Origin: an uncultured virus (IMG/VR IMGVR_UViG_643886092_000009)
Taxonomy: Duplodnaviria; Heunggongvirae; Uroviricota; Caudoviricetes
IMG/VR virus record: IMGVR_UViG_643886092_000009
Direction: 5' to 3' (one strand)
Length of the DNA: 57,102 nt
Shown: one piece after another, positions 1 through 9,630 of the stretch
Layout: each line of letters begins with the position of its first letter
Numbering within the stretch: the first letter of the stretch is position 1
Position numbers and translations under genes: made by a program
Notes under the pieces: model-generated
Databases searched by the model: none
Told to the model about the DNA's origin: nothing
What the model saw: only the letters and a program-made list of their open reading frames with translations

Positions 1-2
1 AT

Positions 3-1013
3 GATGTAGCTTATACTGAATTAACAGGCAATAGTCTTTTAGTTCGTATAACACCAAACGATTCTACATGTTTTCGTAATACTCTAGTAACAAAACTGAA
101 TATTGCATTAGGATTTGATATTCTTGATAATGTAGACACATCAAATGTTATTATGTACAGAAAAGATGTATCTATAGACAATGTAAGTATTAAGAGTTCT
201 GAGGAATACTGTAAGTTCTTTAGAACAGATTATAATACAAAGGTATTAGATGTATTAGACTTATCACTAAGAGAGTCCATTTCCAGTAGAAGATTAGATA
301 CAGAAGAGAGTGAGTATCTAGAGCAGTGGGGTATCGAAGAAGGAACTGATATAGAAGTTCATTTAAAAGAAGCCTTAAAACTGTTTTTAAAATATAATGG
401 TTCAGATTATGCATTAAACGTAGCAGGTTTAAATACGAAGCATACTTTTGAAGTAGGAGACGTTGAAAGATATTTAAAATATTTATCAGAAGATAATAAA
501 CTTAGTTTATTCAAATTAATACGTTCAAGATTAAATACAAACAATAACCTACCAATTAACTATGCTACAAAAGATTTTATTAAGGTCAAGAAAGGAAAAA
601 CTTTGGTAAGCGTTACAGTAAACGATGATTACGATTCAAGTGAGTTAATCAATAAATTCATTACAGAGTTGAATAAACTACATGAAGGTGTAGTAGATTT
701 TGTTAACTTTGCAAAAGAACGAGGTAGAATTCATTTTAACATTTTATGTGACAATAAAGACGCACAAGATATGTTAGACTTAATTGCTCTTTTATATACT
801 AACTTATATGGAGAAACAAGCCTAGGTATAAGAGAAGACTTTTATTGTAATATTGAAATTGAGAAAAGTCTATCTCATGAGGGTTATGAACGTGATATCT
901 ATTGTATTGTTCAGGGGTATGAATTTGAACCCGTTATAAGTTTCTTAGAAGAGTTAAGAGCAGAAGACGAGTCAAGATACGAAACAGATATGGTTAAGCT
1001 AATTATAGGTTAG
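3..1013 (+). CDS. Hypothetical protein, paralog family A (5'-truncated at window edge)
   Basis: The frame is open from position 3 through the tracked ATG at 153. The C-terminal ~130 aa align with the next three ORFs (LPI..T..FIK..KG...V; EGVxxV; F.ILC; Y....G..F..V). Confidence 0.85.
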   Translation, partial: DVAYTELTGNSLLVRITPNDSTCFRNTLVTKLNIALGFDILDNVDTSNVIMYRKDVSIDNVSIKSSEEYCKFFRTDYNTKVLDVLDLSLRESISSRRLDTEESEYLEQWGIEEGTDIEVHLKEALKLFLKYNGSDYALNVAGLNTKHTFEVGDVERYLKYLSEDNKLSLFKLIRSRLNTNNNLPINYATKDFIKVKKGKTLVSVTVNDDYDSSELINKFITELNKLHEGVVDFVNFAKERGRIHFNILCDNKDAQDMLDLIALLYTNLYGETSLGIREDFYCNIEIEKSLSHEGYERDIYCIVQGYEFEPVISFLEELRAEDESRYETDMVKLIIG

Positions 1014-1136
1014 ATTAAACTAGGTATTCCAGTTTATTGACTCCTAATATCCTATTGGCACGTAGGTTTTAAATAGTTACAATATATCTTGGTCGTTATA
1101 TTGTAGGAACAAGTCAATAAACTGTTAACCATAACG

Positions 1137-1169
1137 GGATAAGTCATTTAGACTTATCCTTTTATTTTT
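1137..1169 (+). terminator. Intrinsic terminator
   Basis: ggataagtc-attta-gacttatcc stem followed by ttttattttt. Confidence 0.8.
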
Positions 1170-1177
1170 GGTTGAAC

Positions 1178-1206
1178 TTGACAAATAAAGAAACATATGG
1201 TATAAT
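1178..1206 (+). promoter_or_regulatory. Sigma-A consensus promoter
   Basis: TTGACA-17 nt-TATAAT with TG extended -10. Confidence 0.9.
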
Positions 1207-1266
1207 ATAAGAGTAAGCAAAATAAATCCTACAAGAGAGTAGGTAAGGAACAGGAGAGACTGTTAA

Positions 1267-2280
1267 ATGAACAAAGTAGATGAAGTAAGACCAGTAGAGG
1301 AAGATGTAATTGTATTTAATTCAACAGGTAAGCTACATAAGGATAAAAACCTTTTAACTGAAAAGAGAACTAAAGTATTTGAGTTGATAACTTCTCTTAG
1401 AAATAGTTTAAAACCAGAACCAAAGTCAAAAACATATTATTACAGAAAGTCAGTAAAATTAGATTTAGAACAAGCAGATAAAGATTCTAATTCTATGGAA
1501 GAATTAGATAAAGATATAAAACGTAGGGTTAGTCAGTTCAATACATTTGTTATGAACCGTCTGAAAAGAGGGACTTTAGGACAGTATTATCCTTTTAGTG
1601 AGATAGAAGATTTAGACAAGTATAAATTTAAAGACATCAAATTTTTACGTAATAAAGTAATAGAAGAGTACAAAACAATTACGTTTACTTCTTTGTCAGG
1701 TGAAGAGTTAACAATAACAGAAGAAGAATATGAATTACATTCTCACCATATGAAGTTAAGTTCAAAAGGTAAACATCTATTTAGAGTATTAAACGAATTA
1801 GGTTATTGGATAGAAGACATGAGGGAGGAAGAAAGAATTCCTGTAATGTGGAAGACAATACCTTATATCCAGTTTGAAGATAATAAAACGTTTGTAGAGT
1901 TCAGTTTTAGTACATTATTTTCAGATATGGAAACAAAGACGAATATAATTATCAATCAACTTATAACTGAATTAGAGAAAACAGAAGGTATCGAAGTTGT
2001 TAACTTATATTACATGAAATCTTATGCAAAATTCGGGGTATTGTGTGATAACGAACAGCTAACGGAGGTATTAGACTCTTTTGCTAGAAGTTATAAACGT
2101 AGTAGTTACTTAAAAGCAAAAACTTATGCAGTCGAGATTGATGCAACTGTTGATATTGGTAATGAAGATAAGGAAACAGTAGAGTTCTACAAAGTGTTAG
2201 AAGGTGAATACTTCAAACCTGTATATGATATGTTAGAACCTACAGATGAAACATTATTCGGATATAACGTATACTTGTAA
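1267..2280 (+). CDS. Hypothetical protein, paralog family A
   Basis: 337 aa, RBS aggag, shares its C-terminal domain with neighbours. Confidence 0.85.
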   Translation: MNKVDEVRPVEEDVIVFNSTGKLHKDKNLLTEKRTKVFELITSLRNSLKPEPKSKTYYYRKSVKLDLEQADKDSNSMEELDKDIKRRVSQFNTFVMNRLKRGTLGQYYPFSEIEDLDKYKFKDIKFLRNKVIEEYKTITFTSLSGEELTITEEEYELHSHHMKLSSKGKHLFRVLNELGYWIEDMREEERIPVMWKTIPYIQFEDNKTFVEFSFSTLFSDMETKTNIIINQLITELEKTEGIEVVNLYYMKSYAKFGVLCDNEQLTEVLDSFARSYKRSSYLKAKTYAVEIDATVDIGNEDKETVEFYKVLEGEYFKPVYDMLEPTDETLFGYNVYL

Positions 2281-2348
2281 AATACGTTTATCATAGATAA
2301 AGTCCTACAGAGGGTAGGCAAACTAAAGACAGAAGGGTCTGAATAGAA

Positions 2349-3347
2349 ATGAATACAAATCAAAAAGAGACAAAGATAAGTAGCTTTGTTATTCTTCCGC
2401 AAGAAGGGATTAAAAATTTAGTAGATGCTATGAATAGGTCTCAACTGATTATGGAAACGTTAAGGGAAGTAAATAAAGAAAAACTGAAAGTTGATTTTAA
2501 TACCTATCCTTTTAGAAAGCAATTTGAAATAGATGAAGACAAGTATAATGCAGATAAGAAACTAGCAAGTGAATATGATTTTGAACAAAATAGAAATTGT
2601 TCTAGGTTTTCTGTACTTTTACATTCGTTATTTAACCCTTTAAAGAATAAACATAGACTGTTTTTTAATAATAAAACACTAACTGATTACGAAGGCTTAT
2701 CTAAACAAGAAGTAATAGACAGGTTGTTTGAAGAAGGTAAAGGTTCGGTTACTTATACAGACCATAGAAGACGGGAAGTAACAGTAACAAAAGGAGATTT
2801 TGAAAGATTTCAATCTGTAAAACAAGCACATATACATGTAAAACGATTTGATACTTTTGTAGAGAAGATAGGTTCTAGAGACTTTATACCATTTTGTTTA
2901 GAAACATCAAGGTATATAAAAATAAAAGAGGGTTATTCTAAGATTCATTTTGAACTCCCTAAACATAATATGGTAAGAAAGAATTTATCAAATGATATCA
3001 TCAAATTAATGATTACGGAAGCAAACAAGTATGAAAGGGAAGATGTAGAAGTTGTTGATTATAGTCATACAATAACATTTACTTATTTCACTATACTATG
3101 TAAAACTGATAAGATAGAAGGAATGTTAGCTAGTTTCTTCAGAATATATAAGTTACAAGAAGAATTTATCGAAAAATACGATGAACCTTATTATACTTAT
3201 GTATCAGTAACAAAGGATATAGGGACTGAGAACAGAGAAAATAAATGGTATCAAGTATTTACAGGTACACCATTTAATTGTATAAAAGAGAGTTCATTGT
3301 TTGAGAAACAAGAAGAACTATTCCACAGATTTTCAGCAATAAAGTAA
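2349..3347 (+). CDS. Hypothetical protein, paralog family A
   Basis: 332 aa, shared C-terminal domain (IPF..ET.RYIK...VEVVD...ILC...DIG.EN...Y.V..G..F). Confidence 0.85.
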   Translation: MNTNQKETKISSFVILPQEGIKNLVDAMNRSQLIMETLREVNKEKLKVDFNTYPFRKQFEIDEDKYNADKKLASEYDFEQNRNCSRFSVLLHSLFNPLKNKHRLFFNNKTLTDYEGLSKQEVIDRLFEEGKGSVTYTDHRRREVTVTKGDFERFQSVKQAHIHVKRFDTFVEKIGSRDFIPFCLETSRYIKIKEGYSKIHFELPKHNMVRKNLSNDIIKLMITEANKYEREDVEVVDYSHTITFTYFTILCKTDKIEGMLASFFRIYKLQEEFIEKYDEPYYTYVSVTKDIGTENRENKWYQVFTGTPFNCIKESSLFEKQEELFHRFSAIK

Positions 3348-3353
3348 GGTATC

Positions 3354-3386
3354 AGGATGTTAGTTATAAACTAGCGTCCTTTTCTT
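3354..3386 (+). terminator. Intrinsic terminator
   Basis: aggatgttagtt-ata-aactagcgtcct followed by a T-run. Confidence 0.75.
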
Positions 3387-3397
3387 ATGTAACTATG

Positions 3398-3426
3398 TTG
3401 ACATTTTAGGAAACTTATGGTATAAT
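3398..3426 (+). promoter_or_regulatory. Sigma-A consensus promoter
   Basis: TTGACA-17-TATAAT, spacer ends AAACTTATGG. Confidence 0.9.
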
Positions 3427-3485
3427 AGTTATATAAAGAGTAATAGTAAGAAAGTAGTTTTACAGATAGACAGGAGGAAGTAACA

Positions 3486-4511
3486 ATGGCAATGAGAATA
3501 GACGAACTAGTAAACGCAGAACAGAAGGTATTTATTGTAAACATGCGACCTAAAAATGGAAGTGAAGAATTAGAAATAGAGAAACGTCATATGATTTCAA
3601 CAACATGTATGAGTTTAAAAGGTAGAAAAATTGTACAACCATATAATGATAATACGTATCCATATAAAAAGAATGTAAACATCAATGAAAATACGTATAA
3701 CAGTATGTTAGCTAAAATAGACAAGGTATATAAAGGTAGAGGTTTTAACATCGTGTCTATCTGTAAGGATTTCCGAAACATGGTAAGACAGTCTATTAAA
3801 GATGGTACACTGAGACAGAACTTCGGTGTAGATGAAAATCAAGTTAGGGGTATGAACTTCCGTCAGATTATAGACTGTATCTTTGAACAGCATAAAGGTA
3901 AAGTAGACGTAGAATTATCAGGTAAGTCTAGTTTAAAAATTACACTAACTCAAAAAGATTTCCTAGAGTGGATAGAAGCTAAAAGCTATTTAAAGGAAAT
4001 TGAGTCATTAGATAACGTACTAAACATGGTAGGTGTAGATAATCAGAACCTAACTGGTAAGAAGAAGTTACCAATTACATTTGAAACAAAGAAATTCATT
4101 AAATTTGATAAAGGGTTGAGTTTAGTTAGTTTCAGACTAGATTATACAAGTCAAGAAAAGCGTGAATATACAAGAAGATTCTTGCAAAAAGCAATCATGA
4201 AAGCAGAGTCGCAAGGGGTAGAAGTAGTAAACCTGTCTTATTCAAAGCATTTCGGTCTATTGAACTTACTTGTACCAAATGAACGAGCAAATGAATGTAT
4301 TAAACTGTTCTTAGACATGTTTCCAAAACATGTACAAAATCAGCTATATAGTATGAATTATCATCTAGACGTAGAGGTAGAAGAGAATATTGGTCAAGAG
4401 AATTGTAAGTCAGAATGGTACTACCTTTTAAACGGAAGTCGATTTAATAGAATTAAAGAGAGTCTAGAGAAGGAAGAAGGAACATTTTTCGGATTCCCAA
4501 TGTACAAGTAA
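3486..4511 (+). CDS. Hypothetical protein, paralog family A
   Basis: 341 aa, RBS aggagg, shared C-terminal domain. Confidence 0.85.
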   Translation: MAMRIDELVNAEQKVFIVNMRPKNGSEELEIEKRHMISTTCMSLKGRKIVQPYNDNTYPYKKNVNINENTYNSMLAKIDKVYKGRGFNIVSICKDFRNMVRQSIKDGTLRQNFGVDENQVRGMNFRQIIDCIFEQHKGKVDVELSGKSSLKITLTQKDFLEWIEAKSYLKEIESLDNVLNMVGVDNQNLTGKKKLPITFETKKFIKFDKGLSLVSFRLDYTSQEKREYTRRFLQKAIMKAESQGVEVVNLSYSKHFGLLNLLVPNERANECIKLFLDMFPKHVQNQLYSMNYHLDVEVEENIGQENCKSEWYYLLNGSRFNRIKESLEKEEGTFFGFPMYK

Positions 4512-4691
4512 GGTGAAGAACAGTATCTACCACACTATGTATCTATTAGTCTAGTCAAACTTTGGAAGAAATATGAAAATGAGAGTAAAAGACGGTTTCC
4601 ATTTTATCGAACAAGAGCAAGTAGGAGTATAAAATTATGATAGTATTTCTATGAAACTAGGAAAAATAAGAGAAAGACAGGTGATAGAGAA

Positions 4692-5393
4692 GTGTGGCAA
4701 GGTCAAAATGAGCCTGAACAGAAAAGTAAGAACTTATTAATAGGGGTATCAGTCGCTTCTGTCTTATTGTTAGGTGGCGTAGGATATGGTGTTTATTCTT
4801 ACTTTACAAAACCTACAAAAGTAGAAGTAAAATCAGTTGAGAAGTCAGAGAAAAGTAAGGTAAACACCAAATCAGATGTCATCTTACAGAAAGATGTAGG
4901 TAAAGACATTGAGATTGATAACTCAACTGGGTATGAAGCAGACGTACAGAAGAAGATTGATGAAGGAACAAACATTATGAAAGAGCAAGAGGGTAAGCAA
5001 GGAGACTCCTTAACTCAATTATCTGACCGTTTTCAAGCATTTTTGAATAGGAAACCAGTAATAGGTGAAGGAGATTCTTACTTATTCCAAGGTAAGATTA
5101 GTCTAAAACAGTATTATGTAAAAGAAACTGGTATTAGCGTTTCACTAGGTTCAAATGGTGAGATACTAGCATTCTTCTTAGATGTAAAAGACGGAGAATT
5201 AAACAACAAGTATATTCCAGTTGTAACAGGTGAGAATTTCACAATAAACCTAGATACGGCAGGTAGTAATTTAGGGGTAAAACTTGAAAACACCGATAAA
5301 TGGGATATCAAACAGTACAATGCAGATAAGTATGTCGTATATAAACTAAATAAAGGGGTAGATGGTCTTGAGGGTGGCTTTGAGTTCAAGTAA
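4692..5393 (+). CDS. Single-pass membrane protein, unknown function
   Basis: GTG start after aggtg; N-terminal hydrophobic helix LLIGVSVASVLLLGGVGYGVY. Confidence 0.8.
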   Translation: MWQGQNEPEQKSKNLLIGVSVASVLLLGGVGYGVYSYFTKPTKVEVKSVEKSEKSKVNTKSDVILQKDVGKDIEIDNSTGYEADVQKKIDEGTNIMKEQEGKQGDSLTQLSDRFQAFLNRKPVIGEGDSYLFQGKISLKQYYVKETGISVSLGSNGEILAFFLDVKDGELNNKYIPVVTGENFTINLDTAGSNLGVKLENTDKWDIKQYNADKYVVYKLNKGVDGLEGGFEFK

Positions 5394-6615
5394 ACTATCT
5401 AAACATATAAGGTACTTACTTCCTTTTCTACTAGTCGGTTTATTCTTTATCGTACCACATAAAGCAGAAGCGAAACGAGCACCACATGTTGAGGAATACA
5501 TTAACAAGAACAAACAAGCCGCTATAGACGTAGGTAGAAAATACGGTATCTTCCCATCACAGATTTTAGCACAAGGTGGTTTCGAGTCAAACTGGGGTAG
5601 AAGTTCAGTTGCAAAGAATAACAATAACTTCTATGGTATTAAAGGTAGTGGGGCATATAGAAAGTATGCAAGTCCCGCTGAATGTATGGAAGACTTCGTT
5701 ACAAACTTCTATGTAACGAAATTAAAGTCTTATGAAGACATCATTAAAGCAACTTCACCCTATGGAATAGGTAAGTTATTGTACATAGACTATGCACCAC
5801 CTGGTGATGGTACAAATGCTGAGTATCTAACTTCCTATGAATCTATTGTTGCAAATTACGATGTTGTTCAATATGATAAAATTGCATTTCCTGACGGTGT
5901 GAAACGTCACCCTAAGATATCAGAAGTACGAGCAGGGAAGAGAGACAACTTCACTTACGAAGAAGCGGGTAAAATTGATTACAGTGGTAAAGAAGTTGTT
6001 GTAACAGATAAAGATGTAAAAGCAGACGGTACTACTGAGCAAAAGGTAGAACAACCAAACCCTAACGGTGGTCAACCTACTGAAAACGTAGTAATACAAC
6101 CGAAATTTACTTTCTCTGAGGATGCAATTAAAGGTATGCCGAAGAAGAGAGACTGGGAAGAAGAGAAGCTACCTGAGTCTAAGAAATCAGACTTAGCTTT
6201 AGAAGAACATAGAAGTTTAGAGAAATGGAAACAAGAATCTGATACACCAATTGCTGATAAGGTAACAAAAGGGTTTAGAACCGCAGTTTCATTATCAGGT
6301 ATCATTTTATTCTTCTATGGACTACTGATTATTATCGCCTATATCTTTGATAGAGTCACGATAACGGAGTGGAAAGCGTTACCTGTCATTACAAAGAACC
6401 GATTGTTTGCAGTAAAAGACAAGGAAGACTCCACTTATCGCATAAACGCACCACAAGAAGGCTCAAAAGGTATAACGATAGCAGACTTATGTAAGGTACA
6501 GTTCTTTATTATAGGGTTGGCAATGTGTCTCTTAAACGGTTGGATTTACACATTTGTAGACGTGATTATAAGAGGTTTTGCAAACGCCCAACAATACCTA
6601 AGTGGTTTGTTTTAA
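5362..6615 (+). CDS. GH73/glucosaminidase-like peptidoglycan hydrolase with C-terminal membrane domain (start uncertain)
   Basis: Signal peptide ending AEA; KYGIFPSQILAQGGFESNWGRS and NNFYGIKG match GH73 motifs; two C-terminal TM segments. Confidence 0.8.
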   Translation: MVLRVALSSSKLSKHIRYLLPFLLVGLFFIVPHKAEAKRAPHVEEYINKNKQAAIDVGRKYGIFPSQILAQGGFESNWGRSSVAKNNNNFYGIKGSGAYRKYASPAECMEDFVTNFYVTKLKSYEDIIKATSPYGIGKLLYIDYAPPGDGTNAEYLTSYESIVANYDVVQYDKIAFPDGVKRHPKISEVRAGKRDNFTYEEAGKIDYSGKEVVVTDKDVKADGTTEQKVEQPNPNGGQPTENVVIQPKFTFSEDAIKGMPKKRDWEEEKLPESKKSDLALEEHRSLEKWKQESDTPIADKVTKGFRTAVSLSGIILFFYGLLIIIAYIFDRVTITEWKALPVITKNRLFAVKDKEDSTYRINAPQEGSKGITIADLCKVQFFIIGLAMCLLNGWIYTFVDVIIRGFANAQQYLSGLF

Positions 6616-6627
6616 AGAGGTGAGACA

Positions 6628-6945
6628 GTGAAGATAAAAACATTATTACCTCTAGTGGTAGTTATTGTAGCAATAGTTTTTCTTGTAAACCTAAATTTAA
6701 AGAACTTCAATGAAATTGTACCTAAACAAGAAGGTAAGCCTGTAACAGCAGAAGTAATAGATAAGAAATACAGAGTAGACACAAAAGTAGGTAAGGTTCA
6801 TGAAGTAACTTTAAAGGTAGGAGAGAAGACTTACAATACACTTATTAAAGAAGAGTTGTATTCTAAAGTCGATAATGGTACACGGCTAGAAGTGTTACAG
6901 TATAAAGACAGAGTAAAGTTATATGACAGTTATGATTTAAAGTAA
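6628..6945 (+). CDS. Small membrane-anchored protein (paralog of the next two)
   Basis: N-terminal TM, then beta-rich G..V.AEV..K...V..G..+E.+.Y domain. Confidence 0.75.
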   Translation: MKIKTLLPLVVVIVAIVFLVNLNLKNFNEIVPKQEGKPVTAEVIDKKYRVDTKVGKVHEVTLKVGEKTYNTLIKEELYSKVDNGTRLEVLQYKDRVKLYDSYDLK

Positions 6946-7012
6946 GAATCATAAGGGGTATGTTAATAAACAAACCTAGTGAAACATAAGAAGTTAAGTG
7001 GAGGTATCAAAC

Positions 7013-7300
7013 ATGAGAAAAGGATTACTAATCGCATTCATTGTACTTATAGGGGTAGTTGGATTTGGCGGTTATAAGTACAAAACATTAGATAAGACAG
7101 CATTTGCAGAAGGTAATAAGATTCTAGCAGAAGTAACATATGTCTCTGAAAAAGAAGACCAAAAGGTACAATTAGAAGTTGGTGGAGAACAGATTGAAGT
7201 AAAAATGAACAAGGAAAAGATTAAGTCAATAAAAGTAGGAGACAGGGTAGAAGCAGTAAAATATGGTGATTCTTACCGTATAGACCCTGAGTATAGATAG
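7013..7300 (+). CDS. Small membrane-anchored protein
   Basis: ATG at 7013 after ggagg; N-terminal TM; similar to 6628 and 7302. Confidence 0.75.
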   Translation: MRKGLLIAFIVLIGVVGFGGYKYKTLDKTAFAEGNKILAEVTYVSEKEDQKVQLEVGGEQIEVKMNKEKIKSIKVGDRVEAVKYGDSYRIDPEYR

Positions 7301-7301
7301 T

Positions 7302-7832
7302 ATGGATAAAGAAATGACTAGAACTGATAAGGTTGTAGCTTTAAGTATGGTTTCTATAGCTTTTCTTTATATGTCTTTTAACCTGTATCTTAGTTTACAA
7401 GATAATCAGACTGGTAATGTTATCATGAGTATAGCTATACTAGGTATTATGATTCTACCTATCCTAATCAGACGTAAGAAACTAAGTCCTGCATTTGCTT
7501 TATTAGTTATCGTTATGGTTGCAGTATCCTTGATATTAACAATAAACATCCATCAACAAAAAGAAATAAACTTTGTAAAACGAGGAACACCCATTGAGGT
7601 AACGGTAGTAGACAAGATGGAGAGACAGCGTGATGCTTCTATTAGATACTATGTATATGTAGATGCAAACGGAAAGAAAGTTCAATCTGAAATACGAGAT
7701 AGACAAACATTTAAGAAGATACAAGAAGGTAATAAGATTCAAGCTATTGAGTACAGAGGTGAAGTAAAACTAGAAGTAGAAATAGCAGAAGAGTATGAGA
7801 GAAGTCAGACTATGTTTAAAAGAAATAAGTAA
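7302..7832 (+). CDS. Three-TM membrane protein with the same C-terminal beta domain
   Basis: Three hydrophobic segments, then GTPIEVTVVDK...IQEGNKIQAIEY. Confidence 0.75.
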   Translation: MDKEMTRTDKVVALSMVSIAFLYMSFNLYLSLQDNQTGNVIMSIAILGIMILPILIRRKKLSPAFALLVIVMVAVSLILTINIHQQKEINFVKRGTPIEVTVVDKMERQRDASIRYYVYVDANGKKVQSEIRDRQTFKKIQEGNKIQAIEYRGEVKLEVEIAEEYERSQTMFKRNK

Positions 7833-7838
7833 GAAAAT

Positions 7839-7873
7839 AACTGGTAAACCAATAAGGTCTGCCAGTTTCTTTT
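7839..7873 (+). terminator. Possible intrinsic terminator
   Basis: aactggtaaacc-aataa-ggtctgccagtt then tctttt. Confidence 0.55.
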
Positions 7874-7926
7874 GTAATAAATTCACTAAGGGGTAGATAA
7901 ACTCCAAGAAATACGAGGTGTAAAGC

Positions 7927-9240
7927 TTGAAACGGATGAAAAATCAAATGAACTTACTAGTAAAGGTACTGTTAGTTGTTCCAATTGCGTTTCTATTCTT
8001 TTTCAGCAATATGACGAACGAAACAATTGTATCAGCAAATAATGGTGATTATAAGACTTGGAAACAATACGAAGGAGACTGGGCTGATAGGCTTTATGTA
8101 TCTAAATATGGTCAATACAAGTTCGGAGACCATGTAGGTATGGCAAACAAGAGTAAAGGTATGGGAACAATGGCAGACTGGGGTTGTTACTTAACCGCAA
8201 TGGCAATTCAAATTGGTAAGTCTGGAACCGGACCTGCCGATAACGACCCTTGGAAGTTTGCTGAACATATGCATAAAGGCGGTTATATGTTAGCAGGGAA
8301 CGATTCTTTAGTACAAAACGAGAAAGATGGAGTAAACACGTATACAGGTGGTAAGTTTCGAGCGCACGAGCCATTCAGACAAGATGTAGGCGGTAAGTCT
8401 AAGGAGCAGAAAATTGCAGCCATTAAAGCAGTATTAGACGCAGGTGGTTATCCAATCGTTCGTGTAGGGCTAAACGGTGGTACTCACTTCGTAGCAGTAG
8501 ATAGAATCGAGGGAGACAAAGTTGTTCTTATGGACCCAGGTTCATCTAAAGACGACTTATTTGCAAAATATGGTTCTACAGTCAATCAGGTTCGTTTCTT
8601 TGAATCAGACACACCGTCAACAAATGCAAACGGTAATGGTACAGGTGGTGGAGCACAACAACCAACTGGAGAAGGTGGCGCACAACCACAACAACCTACA
8701 AAAGAACAGCAAGAAAAGATTAATATTGCAAGAATGGAATGGGATGAAGGTAAAATTAAAGGTCTTCCAAAACCTCGTAACTGGGAAGAAGACCCTGTAC
8801 AAATCGCGCATTTAAGTGAGTTAGATACAATCCAACATCAATCTTTAGAAAAGTGGAAGAAAGAAGTTAAACAAGAAGAAAAGATAGACATGGTTAAATA
8901 TGCTAGAACTGGGTTAATGTTAATTGGTATCTTACTGTTAGTCTTTAGTTTAATTTATTTAGTAGCTTATATGTTTGATAGAGTTTCCATGTTTGAATTC
9001 AAGTTATTTGAATGGTTAACATTAGGTAAACTTACACCATCAGCTACAGGAGATAGTACTTTCCTTAGAAACAAAGAACAGCAGTACGGACCGAAGTTAG
9101 TAAACTTACGAGATTTCCTTATCGTTGAGTTTTTATTAATTGGACTGTCTATGTTACTGTTAAGCGGAAGTATCTTCTACGTCATTGAAGTAATTATAGA
9201 CTTCTTTAGAGCCATGACAAATTATATTTCAAATCTCTAA
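7927..9240 (+). CDS. C39-like (papain-fold) cysteine peptidase with C-terminal membrane domain
   Basis: WKQ...W, WGCYLTAMA (catalytic Cys), THFVAV (His), LMDPG (Asp); C-terminus homologous to that of the 5362 ORF. Confidence 0.7.
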   Translation: MKRMKNQMNLLVKVLLVVPIAFLFFFSNMTNETIVSANNGDYKTWKQYEGDWADRLYVSKYGQYKFGDHVGMANKSKGMGTMADWGCYLTAMAIQIGKSGTGPADNDPWKFAEHMHKGGYMLAGNDSLVQNEKDGVNTYTGGKFRAHEPFRQDVGGKSKEQKIAAIKAVLDAGGYPIVRVGLNGGTHFVAVDRIEGDKVVLMDPGSSKDDLFAKYGSTVNQVRFFESDTPSTNANGNGTGGGAQQPTGEGGAQPQQPTKEQQEKINIARMEWDEGKIKGLPKPRNWEEDPVQIAHLSELDTIQHQSLEKWKKEVKQEEKIDMVKYARTGLMLIGILLLVFSLIYLVAYMFDRVSMFEFKLFEWLTLGKLTPSATGDSTFLRNKEQQYGPKLVNLRDFLIVEFLLIGLSMLLLSGSIFYVIEVIIDFFRAMTNYISNL

Positions 9241-9257
9241 TACAGGGGTAGGATAAC

Positions 9258-9290
9258 GAGACGGTTTACAATACGTAGACCGTCTTTTTC
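9258..9290 (+). terminator. Intrinsic terminator
   Basis: gagacggtttac-aatac-gtagaccgtct followed by a T-run. Confidence 0.8.
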
Positions 9291-9381
9291 TATGCGTAAA
9301 TAGAGAAAGTAACTTGTATCCTATAATCAGACAAATATAAAGAAACATGCTTTAATTTATGGAACAATATTTCTTAACTAA

Positions 9382-9410
9382 TTGACAAATGCGGAAACTT
9401 ATGGTATAAT
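9382..9410 (+). promoter_or_regulatory. Sigma-A consensus promoter
   Basis: TTGACA-17-TATAAT. Confidence 0.9.
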
Positions 9411-9460
9411 ATAGGTATAGTTAAGAAATATAGAAAGTCGAGAAAGGGGTACACAATAGA

Positions 9461-9613
9461 ATGGAAGTAGTAGACGGGGTAAACCAAGAAAAAGTAGAAC
9501 TACACTATGCAGAGGATGGAGACTTCTTTAAAGGGGTATATTATGCTTCAATTATCTCTATTCATTTTTATGCATTAGTATTTGGGTTAATTAGATTATG
9601 TTTTTATAACTAG
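9461..9613 (+). CDS. Small membrane protein (50 aa), not in the ORF track
   Basis: MEVVDGVNQEKVELHYAEDGDFFKGVYYASIISIHFYALVFGLIRLCFYN; RBS aaagggg; first gene after the promoter. Confidence 0.7.
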   Translation: MEVVDGVNQEKVELHYAEDGDFFKGVYYASIISIHFYALVFGLIRLCFYN

Positions 9614-9630
9614 AAAGGAAACGTTAGAGA

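Noticed and set aside
9461..9613. Frameshifted pseudogene
   Set aside because: On recounting the T-run the frame is intact and gives a 50-aa membrane protein
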